This document shows, piece by piece, positions 19,567 to 28,200 of a stretch of 64,000 nt of DNA. The notes under the pieces are model-generated. The model saw nothing but the letters and a program-made list of their open reading frames with translations, made no database searches and was not told the DNA's origin. Position 1 is the first letter of the stretch. Each line of letters begins with the position of its first letter. Made by a program: the position numbers and the translations under genes. This DNA is from Candidatus Poribacteria bacterium (GTDB lineage Bacteria; Poribacteria; WGA-4E; WGA-3G). The stretch spans positions 4,631-68,630 of the forward strand of contig RKRR01000149.1 of assembly GCA_007571305.1 (NCBI GenBank), read 5' to 3'.

Positions 19567-19590
19567 AATATATCCTATATAGGATATATT
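19567..19590. promoter_or_regulatory. perfect 24-bp palindrome, likely MarR-type operator
   Basis: aatatatcctat|ataggatatatt is a perfect inverted repeat, 93 nt upstream of the MarR-like gene start (19683). Confidence 0.5.
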
Positions 19591-19682
19591 CTCTTGATGG
19601 TTCGATACGGAACTTAAAAACAGCACCCGACACCGCCGACTTTCATTCAACAGGAAGTTTGGCTTGTAAGTATCACAAAAAA

Positions 19683-20561
19683 ATGTCCAAAGACAAGGAA
19701 CTCCACAACGAAATTGATGTCGTGATGCGTGTGATGCGCCATGCGCAAGCGGCTGTCAAATCCAGGTTTATTCAAGAAGTCGTCCCCAATCGTCTGACGA
19801 TTGTCCAGTTCAACGCCCTTCAACACCTGCATTGGTATGGACGTGAGGCTGGTATGTCAGTGAGTGAACTCGGCGAGCATTTGGGTCTTGCCCACAATAC
19901 AACATCGGCTTTAGTCAGCCGCCTTGAACGGCACGGTTGGGTCATCCGTCGCAAATGTGATCAAGATCGGAGACGTGCGCGGATTCAACTCACGCCACAG
20001 GCCGAACAACTTTTCCGAGAGAGCGTAAAACACGCGACAAACTTTTGGGAAAACACCTTTGGGCAGTTATCCACACAAGAGCAGGAAAACCTGATTGCAA
20101 GTCTAAAACGACTGAAACAGGTGATGGAGAAGCCGGTGTGGCCAAGTTACGCACAGTTACATCCACGTGACGCAGACCATCTACAAAAACGGTTTGAAGC
20201 GGAACTGGACGAACTTGCACAAGCAAAACTCAAACTTGTCGGGATGCGCTTGATTCTTGCACAAATCGCCGAAAAACGCAATGAACATGAACTTGCGGCG
20301 TACTTGAACCAAGCTGCTTCTGAGGAGATACGCCATACGAATCAACTGTTGGGAATGCTCGGACATGGTGAGAATTTCGCCAGCCTCCTCTCATCACTCG
20401 TCTACGAAGATTCTTTGGTCTATGAGGAGTTGTTATCGTTGCTTGAGATGAATCCGCATGCCGAAAAAGATGAGAAATTAATCGTCCTACAACAAATAGT
20501 TCAAGACAGCGAAAGATATAAACGTTGGTTTCACAGTGTCCACAAACAAACGAATCAGTGA
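19683..20561 (+). CDS. MarR-family winged-helix regulator fused to a ferritin/rubrerythrin-like helical domain
   Basis: MarR core LTIVQFNALQHL...MSVSELGEHLGLAHNTTSALVSRLERHGWVIRRKCDQDRRRARIQLT. An extra C-terminal region of about 130 aa (AAYLNQAASEEIRHTNQLLGML...) is ferritin-like. ATG 19683 was chosen (MSKDKEL...). Confidence 0.6.
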   Translation: MSKDKELHNEIDVVMRVMRHAQAAVKSRFIQEVVPNRLTIVQFNALQHLHWYGREAGMSVSELGEHLGLAHNTTSALVSRLERHGWVIRRKCDQDRRRARIQLTPQAEQLFRESVKHATNFWENTFGQLSTQEQENLIASLKRLKQVMEKPVWPSYAQLHPRDADHLQKRFEAELDELAQAKLKLVGMRLILAQIAEKRNEHELAAYLNQAASEEIRHTNQLLGMLGHGENFASLLSSLVYEDSLVYEELLSLLEMNPHAEKDEKLIVLQQIVQDSERYKRWFHSVHKQTNQ

Positions 20562-20677
20562 CTTCTATCTTGTCAATGACCACTTGAGTTTCCATGACGG
20601 TTTCGCGACGTTTGTATAGCAAACTTCGCTGAAAGTCAGAAACCCCTTTCCCGGTCAATGACGTTTAAGAGGAGAAC

Positions 20678-21292
20678 ATGCAGTCCCAAAGCCCAGACAG
20701 CATTCCTCCAGAATGTAACGAGGATGTTGAACTCATTGAGCGATTTCAACAAGGCGACACCGCCGCATTTGATATGCTCTTTACCCGATACCAAAAACGT
20801 ACCTACCGTTTAGTACAACGTTTCGTCCCAAACCCAGAAGATGCATCGGATCTGACACAAGACGCTTTCATACGTGCATATCAAGGATTAGGCGATTTCA
20901 AGAGTCAGTGTCAGTTTTACAGTTGGCTTTACCGAATCACGGTGAATCTCTGTATCGATTTCCTACGAAAAAAAGCGAGATCGGAAGTACTCTTGTACGA
21001 CACCGACGAATCCGAGGAACCACCGATATTCAATATTCCGGACCTCCGTTCAGAGTCACCAACAAAAGCAATGGAAAATAAGGAATTGAGATCCCATATC
21101 CGGAAAGCAGTTCGTCGGTTGCCCCCAAAGCAACGACAGATCTTCGTTTTACGACACTGGGACGGATTATCCCTTAAAGATATCGCGGCTACCGTTGGGC
21201 GATCCGATGGAACAGTCAAAGCTCACCTGCTCCATGCGCATCGTAACCTCCGCAAACACCTCCGATCTTACCTGCGAGAAACAGATTTCTAA
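20678..21292 (+). CDS. ECF-type RNA polymerase sigma-70 family factor
   Basis: Region 2 (DASDLTQDAFIRAYQGL..F......FYSWLYRITVNLCIDFLRKK). Region 4 HTH (RQIFVLRHWDGLSLKDIAATVGRSDGTVKAHLLHAHRNLR). Confidence 0.85.
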   Translation: MQSQSPDSIPPECNEDVELIERFQQGDTAAFDMLFTRYQKRTYRLVQRFVPNPEDASDLTQDAFIRAYQGLGDFKSQCQFYSWLYRITVNLCIDFLRKKARSEVLLYDTDESEEPPIFNIPDLRSESPTKAMENKELRSHIRKAVRRLPPKQRQIFVLRHWDGLSLKDIAATVGRSDGTVKAHLLHAHRNLRKHLRSYLRETDF

Positions 21293-21396
21293 GAGCTGTT
21301 GTATGCGGGCTTGCTCAGCTCGCATACCCCACGATGTAGCTTAGAAGGCATCAGATTTCAAGCACCTCAGATGTAGACCACAGCACTCGGCGTTTC

Positions 21397-22389
21397 TTAA
21401 GCGTCTGCTGCCTCATCTGCAAAGAGTGCTTCAACGAAGTCTGTCCCTGCGAAATCTCGCAAATCGTCGAGTTTCTCACCAATACCGATAAGCTTGACAG
21501 GTGCGCCGATTTCAGCATTCACCGCGATGACAATACCCCCCTTAGCAGTCCCATCAAGTTTTGTAACTGCTACTCCCGTAATCGGCACTGCATCGTTGAA
21601 AATCTTTGCCTGCATCAGGGCGTTTTGACCAACAGTTCCATCAATGACAAGCAGTACCTCATGTGGCGCGTCGGTGTGAGCTCGTTCCATCACACGTCCA
21701 ATCTTCGATAATTCATCCATCAGCGGTTTTTTGGTATGCAGCCTGCCGGCAGTGTCTATAATGAGAACATCCGCATCGCGATGCTTCGCCGCGTGAATCG
21801 CATCGAAAACGACGGAGGCGGGCTCAGCATTTTCACCGCCTCGAATGAGTTCTGCTCCAGCACGTTCACACCAAATACTGAGCTGATCCTCCGCTGCCGC
21901 GCGGAACGTATCACCCGCGGCAACAAGCACGCGGTGTCCGCTTGTAGTAAAGCGGCTTGCGAGTTTACCGATAGTTGTTGTTTTTCCTGCACCATTCACA
22001 CCCAAAACTAAAATCGTATAGGGTTTCTCCCCCTTAATTTGCAGCGGGACATCCTCTCCCAGCAAATTTAGAATCTCGGATTTTAGGACAGATGCCAATT
22101 CTGAAGAATCGCTCAACCCTTCAGACTTTACCCTTTCCCTAACATTATCCATTAAGGTCAAGGTTGTATCAACTCCTACATCTGACTGGATTAGAAGCTC
22201 CTCAATTTCTTCCATCAAATCCTCGTCAATTCTTCTTCCAACCCTAAGGAGTGCTGACAATTGAGATAGAAACTGGTCGCGAGTCTTCGTCAAACCGGAC
22301 TTGAGCCGATTAAACCAGTTTCCTCGCTTGTCCACAGTGGTAGATTCATCGTGGGTTTTATCATTACCTTTAAATAGATTCCTGAGCAT
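21397..22389 (-). CDS. ftsY: signal recognition particle receptor FtsY
   Basis: SRP-GTPase motifs LVLGVNGAGKTTTIGKLA, DTAGRLHTK and TKLDGTAKGG, with an NG-domain layout. Confidence 0.9.
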   Translation of the reverse strand: MLRNLFKGNDKTHDESTTVDKRGNWFNRLKSGLTKTRDQFLSQLSALLRVGRRIDEDLMEEIEELLIQSDVGVDTTLTLMDNVRERVKSEGLSDSSELASVLKSEILNLLGEDVPLQIKGEKPYTILVLGVNGAGKTTTIGKLASRFTTSGHRVLVAAGDTFRAAAEDQLSIWCERAGAELIRGGENAEPASVVFDAIHAAKHRDADVLIIDTAGRLHTKKPLMDELSKIGRVMERAHTDAPHEVLLVIDGTVGQNALMQAKIFNDAVPITGVAVTKLDGTAKGGIVIAVNAEIGAPVKLIGIGEKLDDLRDFAGTDFVEALFADEAADA

Positions 22390-22717
22390 TATTTTCCTTT
22401 TCTCTCCTTATTTTTTGTCCATCACTTTCAACAGTCCCCTTGTCGGTTCCCTTCATATCATACAGGAACAACCCGCAAAAAGGCAAACGAAAATAGAGGC
22501 GTGTAGATATCTTTGAAATCTTTACTGTTTTGTTGTATACTAAATTGTATCATCAAAATACAATCTTCCTTCGTTATATATGACACTGTTAGAATATCAC
22601 CTTGACAAATTAAGTTGGAAATAGATGGGGTGTTTTTGAGGGGCATTTTCTAAAGAACCTCACCACCGAAATATAAGAACTCATCTAACTCTTAAATCAA
22701 AAGATGAGGTATTCATC

Positions 22718-23281
22718 ATGAAAGCGTACACACGGAACCTGCTGGCTGTCCTGGCGATAATTCTACTCTTCACCGCTTGTGCCAGCGAACAGCAATTGGA
22801 AGAAATCATTCAACAATCTGAAGAAGAAACCGCGAGTTTAGAAGAATCTACCCCCGCCGAAGAACCGGTAGGAGCACTTCCGGGTTTGCCCGATGATGTG
22901 GCAGGTTATACACAGTGGCTTAAATTGAACGCAGAGCCTATCCCTCCGCTGGGTGGCGGTGACCCGCACAATGGGACAAAAAACGTTTACGTTAATCAAA
23001 CACGTGACACCATCGCACCGAACGGGACCCAGGAGTTCCCATACCCGGAGGGCAGTATTGTCATAAAAGAAGCGACTCGTCCGGGTAAGGATTATATCGG
23101 ACTTATCGCGATTATGCGAAAAAAAGCAGGCACGGACCCCGATCAGAACGATTGGAAATTCATTGAATACGTCCGAAACGCGGCAGATGCTGAATTTAGC
23201 ATCATCGCGCAAGATCGGATCTGTTGGGGATGCCATGCCCAAGTTAAAGACATCGATTATGTTTTCACGGAACTTGACTAA
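22718..23281 (+). CDS. cytochrome P460-like haem lipoprotein
   Basis: Lipobox LLFTAC. P460-family pattern (VYVNQ...FPYPEGSIVIKE...NDWKFIEY...). A single C-terminal CxxCH (CWGCH) is followed by DYVFTE. Confidence 0.6.
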   Translation: MKAYTRNLLAVLAIILLFTACASEQQLEEIIQQSEEETASLEESTPAEEPVGALPGLPDDVAGYTQWLKLNAEPIPPLGGGDPHNGTKNVYVNQTRDTIAPNGTQEFPYPEGSIVIKEATRPGKDYIGLIAIMRKKAGTDPDQNDWKFIEYVRNAADAEFSIIAQDRICWGCHAQVKDIDYVFTELD

Positions 23282-23298
23282 AAGATAAGGAGCATCTT

Positions 23299-24537
23299 TT
23301 GAATTCACACTACAAAGGTTGGGCGAGATATCTGAGTAGTAGCACTTCACCGCCAAGACCGTTGGATATATCCATCGGTATATCATTGCTTCCATGGCTC
23401 GTGCTCATGATTTCCAGTATCTCACTCAGTCTTTTTTTTCCGAGCGTTGTGGAGGCACGACCTGAGTTTGCAACCGAACTGGAGAAAGAGTGTAGTTTTT
23501 GTCATCTCGATCCGGCTGGTGGCGGCCCCCGAAATCGGGTCGGCGAGATTTTTGAGGAGAACTATTTCGAATTTCCCGAAGATTTCGACATGGAAGCCGT
23601 GACTGAAGAAGTTAAGGAGATTGTCAAACGACTCACAACTTCTCTTGATTTCCAGACCGCTTTTATCAAAACAACACAGGTCGACGAAACGGAGAATGCG
23701 ATCGCTGGGTGTAATTCATGTCACTCTTCGATTGATAGATTCCTGCTCATGCAGGCAGAGGTAACGTTCAACGCAGAAGCCTCTGAACACGTTCGACTTA
23801 CCCTTTCCAACAACGCTGGGACAACAATGAATGCATTTGCAACGGTAGATGCTATCCCAAAACATCTCTATGTGAAAGTCGGACAATTTCGACTGCCATT
23901 CGCTATTAAACAAAAGGACCATAACATCCTTGTTCGGGAAGGATATGGACTCGGCTCTAATAAACGAGATGTCGGTGTTGAAATCGGTGGAAATGCCGGA
24001 AAAATTTTCTATAATGCCGCCTTCTTTAATACCAACAACACCGCAGCGAAAGGTGGCCTCGGGACCCTTGGTGCCCAACTCGGACCGATCCGAGCAGGCG
24101 TATCTGCAATACTTGAAAAACCAAGCGAAGACTGGGAACGACTCATCGGTGCATTTTTCACTGCCTCCTACGCCGGTGTAAGTATCGAAGGTGAATTCAA
24201 TCTTGGAAATAGTGGCAAGGTAGCCTCTTTCACACCGGATGCTGTTGACTCAAAGGGGTACTACGTCGGTGCAAAATATCGTATTTTCCCCCAACTCACC
24301 GTTGCGGGTCGCTATGGTCTGTTTGATCCAGATCGAATGGTTAAGGGAGATGCAAGCCAACGGGTCACACTCAGTGCTGAGTACAATTTCATCGAAAACG
24401 GGGCAATTTCTCTCTTTTATTGGGCAAACCTTGCCAATATTGATCACAGTGCCGATGATACGACCAAAGACAAAGGCACATTACGCCAACTTCAAGGTAC
24501 GGATCAGATTATCCTGATGTCACGATTCTGGTTCTAA
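23299..24537 (+). CDS. putative outer-membrane beta-barrel protein with two N-terminal CxxCH motifs
   Basis: The TTG start at 23299 lies 6 nt after AAGGAG (23287-23292). CSFCH and CNSCH motifs lie in the first roughly 150 aa. The C-terminal half shows alternating Gly/aromatic beta-strand-like sequence ending ...SRFWF (OMP-like terminal Phe). Confidence 0.45.
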   Translation: MNSHYKGWARYLSSSTSPPRPLDISIGISLLPWLVLMISSISLSLFFPSVVEARPEFATELEKECSFCHLDPAGGGPRNRVGEIFEENYFEFPEDFDMEAVTEEVKEIVKRLTTSLDFQTAFIKTTQVDETENAIAGCNSCHSSIDRFLLMQAEVTFNAEASEHVRLTLSNNAGTTMNAFATVDAIPKHLYVKVGQFRLPFAIKQKDHNILVREGYGLGSNKRDVGVEIGGNAGKIFYNAAFFNTNNTAAKGGLGTLGAQLGPIRAGVSAILEKPSEDWERLIGAFFTASYAGVSIEGEFNLGNSGKVASFTPDAVDSKGYYVGAKYRIFPQLTVAGRYGLFDPDRMVKGDASQRVTLSAEYNFIENGAISLFYWANLANIDHSADDTTKDKGTLRQLQGTDQIILMSRFWF

Positions 24538-24805
24538 AAGCTTTCAAGCCGACAGTAAGGTGTTCATTTCTAATTAGAAAACGTTTTGGCTCAAATACCA
24601 CATGAAAAAACTTCACGTATCAGGACGGATATGGAGATCCGTCCTTATGTGTTTATATTTACACATAACGTCACCTAAAACCATCTTTTTCGTCCTTTCC
24701 AGTAACGATTAGAGTTGACTGTCGTTTAACATAATAACTCAGGATCGATTGGCATGAAAATTGCTTAAAATTTCGTAAGCATCTTTGCTCCTTTAATATT
24801 AGTTA

Positions 24806-24921
24806 ACCTTAGTTACCAGTGATGTAGCATAACCTGTTAGGTTGTGCGCAGGCAAACGGTCTCCTACGCTACGAAATGTGCGGATCCTGAGCGTTTTCCA
24901 ATAAAAAATAGCAACTTGGGT
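24806..24921 (-). mobile_element. MITE, family B copy 3 (shorter, inverted orientation)
   Basis: Ends accttagttacc... / ...gcaacttgggt are flanked by the 7-bp direct repeat ttagtta (24799-24805 and 24921-27, sharing one base with the end). Hairpin core at 24824-24847. Confidence 0.7.
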
Positions 24922-25056
24922 TAGTTAACCGGATTTTGGTTAACTTGCGAATTTTTAACGATTCGCAAAGTGTTAAATCAAGCGACGGGTTCTCTAAGAG
25001 TTTGCGCTTAGGAGTTGTCTGCGCCGTTGCTGCAGGCTGCCATCTCTAACTGAACA

Positions 25057-25176
25057 GGACTCACGCAATTTTGACCATAAGATGTTTTGTGAGAGGGAGA
25101 AACCGCAAAAAACACAGATGTTCTTGGGGCACAACCTAACAGGTTATGCTATAAAAGAGCAGCACACGTAAGTCCT
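25057..25176 (+). repeat. intergenic repeat, family A copy 3
   Basis: ggactcacgcaattttgaccat...cacgtaagtcct (10-bp imperfect terminal inverted repeat). Hairpin core at 25129-25152. Confidence 0.75.
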
Positions 25177-25252
25177 ATTGAAATTAAAAATAAAACCCAT
25201 CCGCGAGTCCGTAACGAAGTGGAAAGCGGATTTCAGGAAGGTAAAATTAAAA

Positions 25253-28200
25253 ATGGCAACCAAACCCCTCAAAAATTTTTCGGCGAAGTTTGGAAACCAA
25301 AACTTGCTCTTAAAAAGTTTAATCGGTGTGAGTGGGCTGATGTTCCTACTCCTGGGTGCCTGTATCTTCTACATTGTACAGATAGATATGCATGATCGGA
25401 CACGATACAGTGTCAAAAACTTCACTCCACAAGGTGAAGTGCCACAACGGGTAGATTTTTCGATTACGTTCTCGGAGATGGTTATAGATAAATCACAGGT
25501 CGGAACCGAAGTTCCAGCAGAGGCACTTCGGTTTACCCCAGCGGTCCAAGGCACTGCCCGCTGGATTGCACGCGATAGAGTCGATTTCTTTTTAGATGCA
25601 CCTTTAGCACCCTCCGCACAATATACCGTTCAACTCACACCAAAACTCAACCCATCTGAAACATTTCAACTCACCGGACAAAAAGAGTTTAAATTTGCTA
25701 CCGATCCCTTCGCGGTGCAGCAAGCATGGATGGAATTTACCCCTGATGATGCCCATGAACACACAACAGGTTTGGGCACGATAGTATTCAACTATCCCGT
25801 GACCATTGTTGATTTAAAGGCACATCTCTCTATCAAACTGGATGACAAAACAGAAATTCCATATCAAATTGAAACCCACACAGTAATGGCGAGGAGGGTA
25901 AGATTCGAGACGGAACGTATAAAACGCGGCACTGCAGACCAAAAGATAAAGATTAAGATTGAAAAAGGGTTCAAATGTACAGGCGGGAAAATCGGTGTAG
26001 AAAAAGCAAGTATTATAGAAGTAATACTCCAAGGGCGAGGAACACTTGGCGTAACATATTCGAACGTTAGGAATAGTGGTGGCACCCCTTATATCTCGGT
26101 CACTTTCAGTGCTCCGGTGCTCAGTGACGCTATTGAGCCGTATATAGAGCTCACACCAACGGTAGCATATCAGGTGAGTTCTAACTATCGAAACGTGAAT
26201 ATCCACGGCAACTTCAAGCGAGGCACTAACTACACGTTGAAGATTCTCCAAGGTCTAACAACTCGGAACGGTGCCGTCTTAAAACAAGATTACATGAATC
26301 ACCTAAGAATTCCGAACATCCCACCTCAACTTCGGTTCCTCGGAGACGGTTTCTTCCTCGCGAGAAAGGGACAACTGAACTTAGGTCTCGCAACAATTAA
26401 CGTTAAAGGCGTGAAACTCAATATCGAAAAAGTTTTCGCGAACAATCTTATCTATGCATCGAAATTAGACCGATGGAGTCGCTCGAGCAGAAACTTAGGC
26501 AAATTTATTCAGGCAGAGGAACTTGATATCTCCTCTCAATTGAACGAAGAAGTAACAACCCCTATCTCCTTGGAAGAATACCTATCAGACGAACATGTCG
26601 GTATCTTCAAAGTTGTGGCACAAAACACACAGAGGCGTTGGGATACTGCATATCAATGGGTGCTTATCACAGATTTGGGTATTAGTGCCAAATGGACAGG
26701 AGACAACCTATACGTTTGGGTGAAATCGCTCGCTACTGGCTCGCCGGTTCCACGCGCGCGCGTCAAACTTATCAGCGATAACAACCAAACACTGCTCGAC
26801 GGAACAACTAACTGGGCAGGATATGCCGAGTTCACAGATGTTACGCAGAAGACAGAAGACTTCACACCCTTTATGATTACCGTCTCGAAACGGGACGACC
26901 TTGCTTTCATTCAACTCAATCGGCACAGAATTGGGACAGCAGATTTCAACATTGCTGGCTCTGCCTACCTGCAAAAAGGTTATGAGGCGTTTCTCTACAC
27001 GAGCAGAGGCGTTTATCGTCCCGGTGAAACCGTCCAACTTGCTGGAATTGTTCGAGGACCAAAGCAGGTAACCCCTCAACCGCTCCCTGCTCGGATTGAA
27101 GTGCTCTCCCCGAATGGCAGAATCATGCGAGAGTTAAGACTACAAACAAACAAAAACGGTGCCTGCGATGTGCAAATTCTCATTCCTGACTACGCCCTGA
27201 CTGGCAATTATATTGCTAAGATGCGGATCGCTGACCGGGTCGTTGGAAGAGTCCAATTTCAGGTTGAAGAATTTATGCCCGATCGGATGAAAGTTGCTGT
27301 AACAGCCGATAAATCTACTTACAAACTTGGAGAGGAACTTGGGATTGAGGTGTCCGCTACCAATCTATTCGGTCCTCCAGCAGTAGGTCGCAAGGTGGAA
27401 GTTTTCTGTGAATTGGAAGCAACTCCACTTGTAAAGAAGGATACAGCACTCAACGCAGGCGCGACACAATGGGATTCGTTTGTCTTTGGAAACGATCGCT
27501 CCAATTTTGAAAAACAGAGAATCGGACTGGGAGAAGCCAAAACCAACACAGAGGGCAAGGCGTACTATCAATTCACGGTTCCTGAAACACTGAAAGCACC
27601 TTCTCTACTAAACGGCAGCCTGACAGCGACCGTCAGCGAAGCCGGTGGCAGATCCGTCACCGCTTCCCACCGAGTCGTGATCCATCCGTACTCACACTAT
27701 GTTGGGCTCCGACGAACAACAACAGCAGCCGTAATTAACCAACCGCTTCGATTCGACTACATTGCTGTTAACGATGCAATGACAATTGCATCGGGAAGAG
27801 ACCTAAAACTAAGCCTCTACAAAGTCCGCTGGAACACGATACTTCGTCAGAACAGTGCGGGGCGTTACGAGTATATCTCCGAGCCTCAAACAACAGAAGT
27901 GGAAACCGTATCATTAACTTCGGCAGAGACAGTGCAGACGGTGACCTTAACACCGTCAGATTATGGTGAATATCGCGTTCGTCTTGAGGACATCGTATCA
28001 ACAGCGACTGTAGAACTCAGATTTTATGTAGGTGGACGGAAAAATATCCCAGTTTCTATGAAACATCCGACTCGACTGGAACTGACGCTTAATAAGCCTG
28101 CTTACCGTCCGGGTCAAACAGCAGAACTATATATTAAGGCACCGTTCCCGGGCAAACTTCTGCTGACTGTCGAACGGGAAAAGGTGTTGAGTTACCGGAC

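Noticed and set aside
21302-21326. Hairpin tatgcgggc/gctcgcata between the sigma-factor gene and ftsY as a bidirectional terminator.
   Set aside because: The stem is imperfect and neither strand has a U-run, so the evidence is insufficient to annotate it.
25178-25252. TTG start proposed by the ORF track for the alpha-2-macroglobulin gene.
   Set aside because: It begins immediately at the end of the family A repeat. ATG 25253 is preceded by the conserved ggaaggtaaaattaaaa initiation cassette used by other genes.
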